From positions 1 through 64,000 of the forward strand of contig JBHGBC010000003.1 in assembly GCA_041946805.1 (NCBI GenBank): a stretch of DNA of 64,000 nucleotides. Reading direction: 5' to 3'. Positions 50,946 to 61,322 of this stretch are shown here, piece by piece. The stretch's first letter is position 1; the number at the start of each line of letters is the position of its first letter. The notes below the pieces were generated by a model that did no database searches, was not told the origin of the DNA, and worked only from the letters and a program-made list of their open reading frames with translations. The position numbers were made by a program, and so were the translations under genes. The stretch comes from a bacterium. GTDB lineage: Bacteria; Hinthialibacterota; Hinthialibacteria; Hinthialibacterales; Hinthialibacteraceae.

Positions 50946-51214
50946 ATCCCCGCCAAAGCGGGGATTCATGGCATTGCCGAGGATTTCAATCCTGGAAATA
51001 TGAAACATCTGCCCGATGTGATGGTAGGGGCACGTTGCAACGTGCCCCTACATTCTCTAAGAAAAAATGTAGTTTCCCCTGATCCTAATCCTTTCCCGGA
51101 GGGAGAAGGGATTCATTACTCTTGTTTTATCTCTCCCAGGGTTAACGCCCTGGGCTATACTCATGCCGCGCCGTGGGCGCTCAAACGCTGAACTGCAAAC
51201 CGGGCAATAGTAAC
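50946..51214. repeat. REP mosaic including the right end of MITE family 3
   Basis: CCCCGCCAAAGCGGGG, perfect GTAGGGGCACGTTGCAACGTGCCCCTAC (51024-51051), CCCAGGGTTAACGCCCTGGG, end GCAATAGTAAC. Confidence 0.75.
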
Positions 51215-51226
51215 AAAAAAGAAACG

Positions 51227-52672
51227 TTATTTCAGAAATTCCGTCCGCACCCGGGTTTCCGGCGGCTCGGGTGTTTCCATGGCTCCCAAATCCAGATGGC
51301 CGTCCTCGGGACGTTTCTCCCGCTGTTGGTGAGGAACATATTGCCATTCGATGGGATGCTCCGCCCGCAGGGGATCCGGCAACTCCACCGCCTGGTCCAC
51401 GGCGGGAGAGTTCTCTTCGAGCCGGAAATCCTGTTCTTCCAGATTGATGAAACCAGGATTCGATCCCCGCAACAGGTTCGCGGTACCGCTGATCCGGCCC
51501 GCGAGTGCGTCATGCGTGGCCACCCATCCCGTTTTGATCCAATTGCGGCCCAGGTTCAGCGTGCCCGATTCATTCATCAGGGCCAGGCGGCCGCCACCGG
51601 CGGTCACATAGAGAATATTATTCCAGCATTCCGCCCGTTCGTCATTCGTTGACAACCGGAATAAGGTCGTATTGCCCTCCCGGGTGGACACCACGGTATT
51701 GTTATAAAAGTAGAGCGTCCCTTTCCGGTACCAGTCCGGCCGGCCCGAATCGCCGCCGTAATGGACGATCTGGCTGTTCCCCCCGCCCTCGTGCTCGATC
51801 AGGACATTGCCATACACATACGTGCTCCGGTACCGGGGATCAGAGCGCAGGTGTTCCGAGTCTTCCGCGTCCACCAGGTCCAGCTGGCGGTTGCCGTCCT
51901 CGATCCAGTTATAGCGGACGATCAGTCCCGCCGAGCGGTCCTTGAGATTGTTGCCCCCGCAGCCGGGACGCAGCCGGCCCAGGCGGTTGAATTGATAGAT
52001 CAGCCCCGCCGCCGCCGTGTAGGTGTTGTGCTGATAATAGCTGCCCTCGATGCCGTTGTCGTGAATGTAGCAGCCCTCGACCACTGCGTCCCTGGTTGCA
52101 GCCGCGATGAACAAACCGTTGCCGCAGTCGTGCAGAATGCAGTTACGGATGGTGATGAATTCGCCTTTTTCGATGAAGATCGCGGCCGCGTTATCGCTGT
52201 AGGTTGTCCGGCCGTCCCGCCCGGTGAATTCATAGGGAGGCCGTCCGCCGCGGATCTCCAGGTTTTCCACGGTGATGTACGCCGGGGTGGTGTCGGGCGG
52301 ACGATTGGCCCCGCCGATTTTGATCACGCCCCGGACTTCATTCCAATAATTGAGCTGCTTGCGGGTCACGGCGCCGCGGCCGTCGATCACCGGCAAAATC
52401 CCCTGGCCGTTGGGCACGCCGCGCACGTGGATGGGCTGATCCGGGGTTCCCCGCGCGCATAGGACAAACTTAGCCAAGTAGGGATTCTCCCGCCAGTGGA
52501 TGGTGACCGTATCCCCCGCTTGCAAGGCTTCCCACGGGACTTCCTCGATCTCCGCGCACGTCCTCCCCGGCCCCACGGTATATTCCACGGCGAAACCGGG
52601 GGGAGATAACCACAGGACGGACAGCCCCAGGCACACCCAAGCGGCTCGGTTCGGTAGATCTTTCGTAAGCAT
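51227..52672 (-). CDS. secreted right-handed beta-helix protein (putative polysaccharide-degrading enzyme)
   Basis: Signal peptide, YTVGPG, beta-helix repeats, DFRLEENSPAVD, DLGAME. Confidence 0.8.
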   Translation of the reverse strand: MLTKDLPNRAAWVCLGLSVLWLSPPGFAVEYTVGPGRTCAEIEEVPWEALQAGDTVTIHWRENPYLAKFVLCARGTPDQPIHVRGVPNGQGILPVIDGRGAVTRKQLNYWNEVRGVIKIGGANRPPDTTPAYITVENLEIRGGRPPYEFTGRDGRTTYSDNAAAIFIEKGEFITIRNCILHDCGNGLFIAAATRDAVVEGCYIHDNGIEGSYYQHNTYTAAAGLIYQFNRLGRLRPGCGGNNLKDRSAGLIVRYNWIEDGNRQLDLVDAEDSEHLRSDPRYRSTYVYGNVLIEHEGGGNSQIVHYGGDSGRPDWYRKGTLYFYNNTVVSTREGNTTLFRLSTNDERAECWNNILYVTAGGGRLALMNESGTLNLGRNWIKTGWVATHDALAGRISGTANLLRGSNPGFINLEEQDFRLEENSPAVDQAVELPDPLRAEHPIEWQYVPHQQREKRPEDGHLDLGAMETPEPPETRVRTEFLK

Positions 52673-52933
52673 AATTCACCGGAATTCAGGATTGGGATGC
52701 ACGCGCCCACGGCGCGCCCGAAGCCAGCCCCGGGCAACGCCCTAGGAAATGAACGATTCAAGCAACACTTCCCTCTCCCTCTGGGAGAGGGTCAGGGTGA
52801 GGGTAAGCCTTTTCAGCACGCCACAGCTCCCCGGATTTCAGATCCCACCTCGCGCAACCTACGGAATCCCCTTCGGGGGACGGCATTGCACCAGCATCTG
52901 TTCCGCCGGTTTGCGCGGGCTGGCCAGGTTGGA

Positions 52934-54265
52934 TCAGACCACGTCCTCTTTCCCGGCGTCCCAGCGCACTTGGCGTTTTTCCTTGAGCGAAGTGACCGCC
53001 ATGACCAGCGTCGCCGCCTCGATGAAAGCTTCGTCCTCGTTGCATTTGGGCTTCTGCCGGCTGCGCACGCAGTTGAAGAAATCCTCCATGTGGCTGGGCA
53101 CCTGCGGCGCTTTCGCGGGATCGAACTTCTCAAACGGTTGGCCCGGTTTGTACTTCCCGGATTCGAGTTCGGCCTTGTACTTGCCCGAGCGGCCATCGAC
53201 GGTGATGTCGTACGTGCCGACCGACTGGGCGATGGAATCGAAGCGCAGCATGGCTTCCTTGCCCCGGAACTCGGGCGGCTGCACGAAGGAGGAATTCATG
53301 CTGCAATCGAAGGTCACGTTGCAGCCCTTCTTTTCATAGCCGTACACCGTGCTCCAGGTGTCGGGCACTTCGCGGCCGTCTTGCAGCAGGATGTTCTGCG
53401 CCGACGTGAAGCAGGTGTCGGGAATCCCCAGCCGCAGCACCGACTGCACGAAGTCGACTTCATGCGAGAGCAAATCGCCCGCCACGCCGGTCCCATAATT
53501 CCAATAGCAGCGCCAATGCCAGAAATGCTCCATACTGAAGGGAACCTTGGGCGCGGGCCCCAGCCAACGGTCCCAATCCAGGTCCTTCACCACCTGGGCC
53601 GGATCAGGCCGTTCGAAGTAGTTATACCAGCCGTACCAGCGCCAGATGGCTTCGCCCTTGGGGCCGTTCTCGAAACGCCCCGTCCGCACCAGGCTCACGG
53701 GACCGAGAATCCCCTCCGCGATCTTCTGCGCCGCCACGATGCCCGCCACCTGCGCCCGGCTTTGATGCCCGAGTTGCATCACGATGTTGTTTTTTTTCAC
53801 GGCTTCGCGCATGGCCTTGGCTTCGGGGATCGTCCGCGTCCAGCCTTTTTCAATGTAGATGTCCTTGCCCGCGTTGGCGGCGTCGATCAGCATCTTCGAG
53901 TGCCAATGGTCGGGCGTGGCGATCACCAGCGCGTCCACATTGGGATCGGCCAGCAGGTCCTGGTAATCCACGTAGGTTTTGGCCTTGGGATTCATACCGC
54001 GCTGGAGGCCCTTTTCGAGATGCGGTTTATACACATCGCAAACCGCCGTCACCAGGGTGCCTTTGATCCCGCCGCCCAGCTGCCGCCCGGCGACTTCGGG
54101 GATCAGCGATCCACCCCGCACGCCCAGCCCGACGTGCCCCACGCCGATGGTGTCGTTGGGCGAGCGCGAGGCCAGCACCGCCGGCGCTCCCGCCTGCAGG
54201 GCCGCCACCGCCGCCCCGGTGGTTCCCAAAAATTTTCTCCGTGTGACCTGAGTTTTCGTTTCCAT
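52934..54265 (-). CDS. Tat-exported Gfo/Idh/MocA oxidoreductase
   Basis: TRRKFL leader, VGLGVRG, IATPDHWH, DIYIEK, DWDRWLGPAP. Confidence 0.93.
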   Translation of the reverse strand: METKTQVTRRKFLGTTGAAVAALQAGAPAVLASRSPNDTIGVGHVGLGVRGGSLIPEVAGRQLGGGIKGTLVTAVCDVYKPHLEKGLQRGMNPKAKTYVDYQDLLADPNVDALVIATPDHWHSKMLIDAANAGKDIYIEKGWTRTIPEAKAMREAVKKNNIVMQLGHQSRAQVAGIVAAQKIAEGILGPVSLVRTGRFENGPKGEAIWRWYGWYNYFERPDPAQVVKDLDWDRWLGPAPKVPFSMEHFWHWRCYWNYGTGVAGDLLSHEVDFVQSVLRLGIPDTCFTSAQNILLQDGREVPDTWSTVYGYEKKGCNVTFDCSMNSSFVQPPEFRGKEAMLRFDSIAQSVGTYDITVDGRSGKYKAELESGKYKPGQPFEKFDPAKAPQVPSHMEDFFNCVRSRQKPKCNEDEAFIEAATLVMAVTSLKEKRQVRWDAGKEDVV

Positions 54266-54341
54266 GAGAGACTCCGATCGTTGAAAATAATATTAATTAG
54301 ATGTGCGTAAATTGCTGGTTTTCGCCCGGGAGAGGCGATTT

Positions 54342-54415
54342 GATGGGTTACGCGCTACGCGCTAACCCATCCTACAGATCTGTTGTAGTAGGGGCACGTT
54401 GCAACGTGCCCCTAC
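54342..54415. repeat. two REP-like palindromes
   Basis: GATGGGTTACGCGCTACGCGCTAACCCATCCTAC and GTAGGGGCACGTTGCAACGTGCCCCTAC (54388-54415). Confidence 0.85.
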
Positions 54416-54541
54416 CTTACGATCCTTTTCCCCTGTGATCCTACCATTTCACCCCAGTCCCGTATAGACATTCCCGTATAGACATCACGTTTCGTCTCCG
54501 AATCGCCGAATCTCTTCCTCGGTCCTCCGGTTCCGGATAGG

Positions 54542-55327
54542 ATGATCCTCGATCCTATCAAACATCAGCACACGCAAAACATGGACGATCCGAGAGCCAT
54601 CAAGGAACAGAAGCATTTCGACCAGCTCGCCCGCGAAACCGGCGAAGTCTGGTGGGGCGGCACCACGCCCGCCGGGCAGTCGCGCAAGCGCCGCCGCGCC
54701 GAGCTGATCTGCACGGCCCTCGCGCGCTACACCAATCCTCTGGTGATCGAGCTGGGCTGCGGCACCGGCGCTTTGACGAAACACTTACTCGATCTTCACC
54801 CTGGCTTGCGCCTGCTGGGGCTGGATGTCTCGCCCATTTGCGTGCAACAAGCCATCGAACGCTTTCAGGATTACCCCAACGCGTTGTTCGAAGTGGGCAA
54901 TGCTTACGAACTCCCCCTGCGGGACGGTATCGCCGACGCCATGGCGGGCGCCTCGGTGATTCATCACCTGGACGTGCAACGCGCCTTGAGGGAATGCTTC
55001 CGGGTGCTCAAACCCGGGGGGCTGCTGTGGTTCTCCGAGCCAAACATGATGAATCCCCAGGTGGCCATCGAGAAGAACATCCGCGCCATCGGGGCCTGGC
55101 TGCAAAATTCCGAGGACGAGACCGCCTTTTTCCGCTGGTCTCTGGCCAAACAACTGCGCGAGGCCGATTTCACGGATGTGCGTGTCCGCCCCTACGACTT
55201 CATGCACCCCTTGATCCCCCAATCCCTGATCCCCTGGGCCGACCGTGTGGGACGTTTTTTAGAATCAGTCCCCCTCATCCGGGAAGTGTCCGGCTCCCTC
55301 CAGGTCCAGGCGCGGAAACCATCATGA
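54542..55327 (+). CDS. class I SAM-dependent methyltransferase
   Basis: IELGCGTG, GLDVS, RVLKPGG. Confidence 0.9.
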   Translation: MILDPIKHQHTQNMDDPRAIKEQKHFDQLARETGEVWWGGTTPAGQSRKRRRAELICTALARYTNPLVIELGCGTGALTKHLLDLHPGLRLLGLDVSPICVQQAIERFQDYPNALFEVGNAYELPLRDGIADAMAGASVIHHLDVQRALRECFRVLKPGGLLWFSEPNMMNPQVAIEKNIRAIGAWLQNSEDETAFFRWSLAKQLREADFTDVRVRPYDFMHPLIPQSLIPWADRVGRFLESVPLIREVSGSLQVQARKPS

Positions 55328-57279
55328 ATGCCTCCCGCTGCCCTGATTCCACCAATGTTTTTGCCATGCCGATTTTCCTGTTCGTTCTCGTCTGGTGGAT
55401 GAATTTTTTCCTCTATCCTCTCTGGTACCTGCCGGGAACCACCCAAAACCGCGCCATTGCGCTATGCGTGATCTTCGCCATCTTCACCGCCCTCTCCCTT
55501 TTGTTTCGTTGGCTCGGATCGTTCCAGTTTGAAAATATAACACATCCTCACGAGCCCACCGGCGATGGCGCTTTCTTTGTCCTTCTCTTCGGCGCCGCGT
55601 TTGTTCTGCATATTCCCTTTTTGAATTTACCCATCCTGACGGGCCTGGACACCATCGACCATGCGGCGGTGCCGGGCGTGGTGGCGCACCGGGTGGTCAA
55701 GGCCCTGTCGGACGCGGCGGGATTGACCATGCAGCCGGTGTTGACGCTGGGTTTTATCGGCGCCATCGCGGTTTGGATTCTCATGCCGGCTTTTCGATAC
55801 CGGTCAATCCAACGAGTTCAATCAATCGCCGATTGGGCAGCCACTCACCTGTTCCTCACTCTGTTGATCCTGGCGGGGGTAACGGCGGGCTATGCCGCGG
55901 TGCTGCTCCAAACCGAATTTCCCGAGCGCTTCGGCGATCTGCAGACCCTTTTCCGTTATCAACCCTTGTCCAAGCTGATCCTCACCCCGCTCTACCTATT
56001 TCTCGGATTGCACGAATGGATCGGCCGGACCGTGCAGATCCTCTTCACCTTCGGCGGGGCGTGGTATCTCTACCGCCTGGCCCGGCTTTTTGGCGGCGAA
56101 TGGGGGTCGCGGTGCGCGGCGGTGGAGTTTGTTTTCCTGCCGCCGGTTTTCCATTACGGCAACACGCACATGATCGAAGGCGGGATTTTATTCTTCATCT
56201 CCGCCGCCTTCTTCTATTGGATCCGCTTTGTTGAACGGAAATATCAACTCGATTTGCTCCTGGGGACCCTGTGCGCCACATGGGCGTGCCTCTACAAGCA
56301 TACCGCCGTGAGCCTCATGCCCGCCTTCGCCTTCATGGCCGCGTATGATTTCTGCTTTCCCAAGCATTCGCGTACGATTGCCCATCTGTTTGCCTCGTTC
56401 ATCGCCTGCGTGATTCCCGGCGTCACGCTGGTGCTCTACATGCAACTCGCGGGATTCAATTCGGATATGCCCTCTACCCTCGTTTTCCCCACTCCCGCCC
56501 GGCTGTTGGGCAACTTGGCGGCCATCCCCGCGGGCGTCACCTGGCCCATCGCCCTGCTTTTTCTGGCGGGGATCATCGTGTTGCCGTTTCGCCCCAACCG
56601 GCGGCCGTTCTGGATTCTCACGGGATGGATCGGCGCGCATTGGGTGCTGACCAGCATGTCCGCCGCCGCCGGCAATGTGCGCCAAGCCCTGCCTTATTAC
56701 GTGGGATTGATCGTGATCTCCGCCTGGGCCTGGGATGGCTGGTTCAGCGGCCGGAGCCGGATCCCCCAACGCGTTGCCCTGGCCGTCTTGTCCGTGTTTT
56801 TGCTCGGGACCTGCCTCTTCGCGGACCGGCATCCGGATTTCCGCCACGTGGGCCGCGCCATGGGCGATCGGTCGTACATCAATTATTCCAACTGGGATGA
56901 ATGCTACCTGCCTTATCCGGAACTGGTGATCGATCTAAGCCGGGACACCACCGCGGGCGATGTCATCTACGCCCCCATGGCCAACGAGCCGGTCTTCTTC
57001 TACCTGGCGAAATACAATCTGGATGACCGAACCTACCGGCGGGATCCGTTCTGGAACGGACCAACGCCTCTCACTCCCACCATGGTCATGGACAAGGCCC
57101 GCGTCCTGGGCGCGAAGTGGCTGGTCCTGCCCCGGGGCCGGTGGCTGTATCCCTACGTGGAGCCGGAGTTCCTCGAGACGTTTTTCACCACTCCGCCTCC
57201 CGGCCTGCGGCCCGTAAAAGTCCTCACCCTTGGAAAAGAGCAACTGGGATTGTGGAGAATCGAGCATGACGCGTCATGA
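55324..57279 (+). CDS. polytopic GT-C glycosyltransferase (ArnT/PMT-like)
   Basis: ATGA overlap with the methyltransferase; many TM helices, YQPLSKL..LFLG..WIGR, LYRLARLFGG. Confidence 0.7.
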   Translation: MNASRCPDSTNVFAMPIFLFVLVWWMNFFLYPLWYLPGTTQNRAIALCVIFAIFTALSLLFRWLGSFQFENITHPHEPTGDGAFFVLLFGAAFVLHIPFLNLPILTGLDTIDHAAVPGVVAHRVVKALSDAAGLTMQPVLTLGFIGAIAVWILMPAFRYRSIQRVQSIADWAATHLFLTLLILAGVTAGYAAVLLQTEFPERFGDLQTLFRYQPLSKLILTPLYLFLGLHEWIGRTVQILFTFGGAWYLYRLARLFGGEWGSRCAAVEFVFLPPVFHYGNTHMIEGGILFFISAAFFYWIRFVERKYQLDLLLGTLCATWACLYKHTAVSLMPAFAFMAAYDFCFPKHSRTIAHLFASFIACVIPGVTLVLYMQLAGFNSDMPSTLVFPTPARLLGNLAAIPAGVTWPIALLFLAGIIVLPFRPNRRPFWILTGWIGAHWVLTSMSAAAGNVRQALPYYVGLIVISAWAWDGWFSGRSRIPQRVALAVLSVFLLGTCLFADRHPDFRHVGRAMGDRSYINYSNWDECYLPYPELVIDLSRDTTAGDVIYAPMANEPVFFYLAKYNLDDRTYRRDPFWNGPTPLTPTMVMDKARVLGAKWLVLPRGRWLYPYVEPEFLETFFTTPPPGLRPVKVLTLGKEQLGLWRIEHDAS

Positions 57280-57303
57280 GGAGACTCAAAACATGACGAT
57301 CCC

Positions 57304-57330
57304 GTAGGGGCACGTTGCAACGTGCCCCTA
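57304..57330. repeat. REP-like palindrome between convergent genes
   Basis: GTAGGGGCACGTTGCAACGTGCCCCTA. Confidence 0.85.
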
Positions 57331-57382
57331 TTATTCTTTTATTTTTTGCCGATTCATGAAATGCACTACACGGGATGGAATT

Positions 57383-59473
57383 TCACGCCCCGGCGGCGCC
57401 CCAGGGATCGACGATCCGCAGTTTTTTCGATTCCAACTCCCGGTAGCAATCCGGCAGGTCGAACGCGGCCAGGACGTTCGGCAACAGGCACGACAGCGGC
57501 CACTTGTAGGATTCGGTCTCGGCGATATCGGTATAGGAGGTCAACGCGTTCTTCAACGTCACCTGGACCACCCGCTCCGACAGCAGCGCGGCCAACGTGG
57601 CGGGGATCGCCCCCCAACCCGCGGCCGCCAGGTGGACCTCGGTGTAGCCATTATCGGCCAGCCAATCCAGAACGCGCAGAATATCAAAGGTCTTCTGGCC
57701 CACGTAAGGCCGGTCCAGCATCAGCGAATGGACCGCGTAGAAATAATCCGGCCCGTAGGGATCCCGGAAATCAGCGCCGCAGGTGTTGGGCAGCGACTCG
57801 CCGATGCCCCGCGGGTCGCAGGCGAAGAATGGCGCCGGCGCTTCATCCTGGATCAGTTGCCCGATCCATTTTTCCTCCCGCAATTCGGCGTCGCTGGACA
57901 GGTGGGGAACATACAACACCGCGCGGGCGCCGATTTTCGGGGACCGGGACATCCAGGATTCGTCCGACAAGTAATACACCACGGACCAGATCTTCGGTTC
58001 GGTTTCCACCGCGTAGGTCAGGGCGCGGTTTTTCGGATAGCCGCGGTCCGGCAGGGGACGCAGGATCCGGTAGTCAGGAGCGCTGGCGCGTTCGGGCATC
58101 TTCAAGATATCCAGCACCGCGCGCCGCAGCGCCTCGCCAGATTTCTTCTCCCGCGTCCGGGCCAGGGCCTGGGATTTTTCCCGAGTGAAATAAAACACGG
58201 TACGGGACGACAAATTGGCCACCTGGCCGCCGGGCGCGCACCACAAGGTTTGATCGTCCTCGATAACCAATTCGGGCTCGGTGGCGGCCTGGGAAACGTG
58301 GGTCACATCATTGAACCAACGGTACATGGCCTCGCGCAGTTCTGGGGAATAGCCGTGATACCCGGGGCCGATACAGATCCCGATGTGCTGTTCGGCCTCC
58401 AACAAACCGTACAAGCGGCGCAGGCGGGCATACGCTTCGTTCAAGCCGCGCACATCGAAGAAGTCTTTTTCCTGGCCGAGCAAAATCACCGGCTTGGGAG
58501 CCATGGCGGCGATGAAATCGTCATGGTCGAGTTCCAGCGCCAGGGCTTTCGGCGGGCATTGCTCGATGTCGGCGGGCAGTTCGTTCTCCAGGTTGCGGCG
58601 GAATGTCATCACGAAACAGCTGGGCGCGGCCATGGCCCAGCGCGATTCCACGCCGCACAGCCAGGTGGTCATCGTGCCGCCGCCCGAATTGCCGGTCACG
58701 CCCACGAAGCGGGAATCCACCTCACTCCGGGTCAGCAAATAATCCAGCGCCCGGATGCCGTCCCACGCCCGCCACGCGCCGAAAAATTCCCCCACGAGGG
58801 ATTGCTGGTTTCCGGCGTACAGGTGTTCGCTGACTCCGATCCCCACGCGGGAACCGCCCTTCCCGTCCGGGTATTGCAGCCGCTCGCCCTGGCCGATGGG
58901 ATCGAAAATAAGCACCGCGTAGCCCAGCCGGGCCAGCCCCTGCGCGAATCCTTGATATTCCTTGTAGGCCTTGCCGTTGCTCGAATGGCCGCAGACGCCC
59001 ACGACACCGGGCGCGGGAGCCGTCCGTCCCTTGGGCAGATAGAGATTGGCGGTCACCAAAAAGCCGGGCCGGCTTTCGAAGATGACTTTTTCGATGGCAT
59101 AGGCGCCGCGTTCGACCACGCCCGTGATCCGGGGATTGAGCGGCGTCTTCTCCGGAAACGGTCCGAAGCAGGCTTGGATCTTCTCCCGGACGGCCGCGAT
59201 ATAGGCTTCCGCCTCGGCCTTCGTTTGCAGGACGTTTTTGCGCGCGAGGGATCGTTGCTCCACCTGCCGGACCTGGTCCGTGTAGTATTCCTGCAGCAGG
59301 CGGGGAAAGCGGTTCAACGGCGCCAGCGCGGGCGTTTCTCCGCTTTCCGCGGCCGCCTGAACCCCGGCGGTCTGGATCGACGCGGCCGCCATCCAGCCGA
59401 ATGTTCCAAGCCCCGCGATCTGGAAGATTTCACGCCGGTTCAAGGATGGATCATTACGAGTTGTTTCGTTCAT
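57383..59473 (-). CDS. Tat-exported alpha/beta hydrolase (acetylxylan esterase-like, duplicated domain)
   Basis: NRREIF leader, FESRPGFLVTANLYLP, DPIGQGER, GNSGGG. Confidence 0.88.
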   Translation of the reverse strand: MNETTRNDPSLNRREIFQIAGLGTFGWMAAASIQTAGVQAAAESGETPALAPLNRFPRLLQEYYTDQVRQVEQRSLARKNVLQTKAEAEAYIAAVREKIQACFGPFPEKTPLNPRITGVVERGAYAIEKVIFESRPGFLVTANLYLPKGRTAPAPGVVGVCGHSSNGKAYKEYQGFAQGLARLGYAVLIFDPIGQGERLQYPDGKGGSRVGIGVSEHLYAGNQQSLVGEFFGAWRAWDGIRALDYLLTRSEVDSRFVGVTGNSGGGTMTTWLCGVESRWAMAAPSCFVMTFRRNLENELPADIEQCPPKALALELDHDDFIAAMAPKPVILLGQEKDFFDVRGLNEAYARLRRLYGLLEAEQHIGICIGPGYHGYSPELREAMYRWFNDVTHVSQAATEPELVIEDDQTLWCAPGGQVANLSSRTVFYFTREKSQALARTREKKSGEALRRAVLDILKMPERASAPDYRILRPLPDRGYPKNRALTYAVETEPKIWSVVYYLSDESWMSRSPKIGARAVLYVPHLSSDAELREEKWIGQLIQDEAPAPFFACDPRGIGESLPNTCGADFRDPYGPDYFYAVHSLMLDRPYVGQKTFDILRVLDWLADNGYTEVHLAAAGWGAIPATLAALLSERVVQVTLKNALTSYTDIAETESYKWPLSCLLPNVLAAFDLPDCYRELESKKLRIVDPWGAAGA

Positions 59474-59504
59474 GATAGGACAATCTCCTGTATGAACAAA
59501 TAGG

Positions 59505-59694
59505 GTAACTGTTTACTCAATCGCAGAGAAAACATGAATTCCGCCCTAGCAGGGCTTCCCTCACCCTCACCCTCTCCCAGAGGGAGAGGGAATTATTCTT
59601 TTGGTCATCCTTTTCCCAGGGCTTACGCCCTGGGCTCTACTCAAACCGCGCCATTGGCGCTCAATAGCCGCGCTGCAAACCGGCAAACAGTTCC
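59505..59694 (+). mobile_element. MITE family 3 (190 bp)
   Basis: TIRs GTAACTGTTTAC / GCAAACAGTTCC; perfect 8-bp direct repeat CAAATAGG (59497-59504, 59695-59702). Confidence 0.85.
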
Positions 59695-59929
59695 CAAATA
59701 GGATTCATTGGATTTGTGGATTCGTCTTTTTTTCATGTAATCCAAATTGTCACCAAGATCCGTTCTTATGAATTTCCCTCACCCTGCCCTCTCCCAGAGG
59801 GAGAGGGGGATGATTACCTTCTTTTCTGCAATCCCCGGGCATTTGGATGGCATATACGCGTGATAGTCATTGAGAATCTAGATGCCTACGGACGCTTGCG
59901 GCCATTTCCCGGCGCTCGAATTGAGAGGC

Positions 59930-61018
59930 TCAGACCTTGAAAAATATCTTGTGCTTATAGAAGACATACAGGACATACCACTGCGCGCCCAGGACCAGGA
60001 ACGACTGCAACACGCTGCCATACGCTCCCAGCGCCTCGATCAGCGGGCGGGAGAATACCAGGATGGAACCGTCGATCCAGCCACGGAACAATTGGAAAAT
60101 GATGTACGCGGTGATCGAGTTCATCCCCACCACAACTAACACGAAGGTCCATTTCCGGAAGTTCAGGACTTCGACGACCCAGTAAAACAATAGCAGAAAC
60201 AGAATCGCCCAGCCGGTCGAGTACAGCGCGAACGAGGCGGACAAAATGCGCTTGATGATCGGGATCTGGTAACTCAGCAGCCAGCCGGCGGCCATCAAGA
60301 CGGCTGCCGCCAGGGCCAGGATCTTCATGGTTTCGCCGGACGGCCGGTTTTCGGCCAGCAGCCGCCCGCACATCGCCCCCGCGATGATCTGCGAGGTGGA
60401 GGGAATCGCGTTCAACGAAACCCAATATCCCGCGTTATAATGTCCCATCAGCCATAATTCGAAATCAGAACCCATGTTGACGTTGCCCATCGCCCACGGC
60501 CCGTCTGGACCATTTCCGGGATACAAAATCCAAACGATGGTATAGACAACCAGGATTACCAGGGTGGTGACGCCCTGGATCCAATAACTCCGGTGCAACA
60601 CAAAAAAGGTCAGGAGATAGCCGATCGCGATTTGAGGCAGGACATTGACGAGGCTGAAGGAGGGGTATCCTTCCTGGATCGAGCAGAAAATCGCGGTGAC
60701 CAAGCACAAATTCACGGCGCGCCGCACGGCATGCCATACGATGCGCCCATGGGATTCCCCCAACGACACGCGCCGCGCGTAGGCGAACGGCAACGAGACG
60801 CCGGCCATGAACATGAACGCGGGCTGGATCAGATCCCAATAAACACATCCGCTCCAGGGAACATGTTCGGTGTGCCGGGCCAGGAAATCCAAATACGGAT
60901 GCCCGGCGAACGCGGAAAATCCGAATCCCACTGAAATCAGTGATATCATGATCGCTCCGCGGTACGCGTCCAACGACACCAGACGCTGCGCGGCCTTGAC
61001 CGGCTGGACTTCGTTCAT
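59930..61018 (-). CDS. DUF5009/HGSNAT-like transmembrane acyltransferase
   Basis: RLVSLDAYRG, WDLIQPAFMFMAG, PIIKRI, VGMNSI. Confidence 0.88.
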   Translation of the reverse strand: MNEVQPVKAAQRLVSLDAYRGAIMISLISVGFGFSAFAGHPYLDFLARHTEHVPWSGCVYWDLIQPAFMFMAGVSLPFAYARRVSLGESHGRIVWHAVRRAVNLCLVTAIFCSIQEGYPSFSLVNVLPQIAIGYLLTFFVLHRSYWIQGVTTLVILVVYTIVWILYPGNGPDGPWAMGNVNMGSDFELWLMGHYNAGYWVSLNAIPSTSQIIAGAMCGRLLAENRPSGETMKILALAAAVLMAAGWLLSYQIPIIKRILSASFALYSTGWAILFLLLFYWVVEVLNFRKWTFVLVVVGMNSITAYIIFQLFRGWIDGSILVFSRPLIEALGAYGSVLQSFLVLGAQWYVLYVFYKHKIFFKV

Positions 61019-61322
61019 GGCGGCCTCCCCAAGGTATGTGATTCAAGAAGCTTCATCACGCTATCATAAAGAAATCCCGGTCAACAGGTGAGGCAGGCTG
61101 CTTGCTAAGTCCTTCCAGTTCATTTCGCCATTATTGTTCATTGCAGATTCCTCCCCCCAGGCCTGAGGAAGGGATTGAAAACGAGAGGGGCACATGGCCT
61201 CATGCCCCGTCCATCACAAACAACCAGCCCATTCCATCTCCGGTATTTGCCCACCCCCGCTTGCCATCGTACCGGCGAATCAGTTACCATGCTGTACCTT
61301 GAATCGCCTAGGGAGAGCCATC

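Noticed and set aside
54458..54485. 14-bp tandem duplication TCCCGTATAGACAT x2
   Set aside because: Only two units; could be slippage or an excision footprint, with no further support.
54652..55323. 224-aa N-terminal extension of the glycosyltransferase ORF
   Set aside because: Overlaps the methyltransferase in another frame; the ATGA-coupled start at 55324 is more plausible.
38222..57330. Near-identical 28-bp palindromes as possible CRISPR repeats
   Set aside because: Dispersed kilobases apart, no regular spacers, no cas genes.
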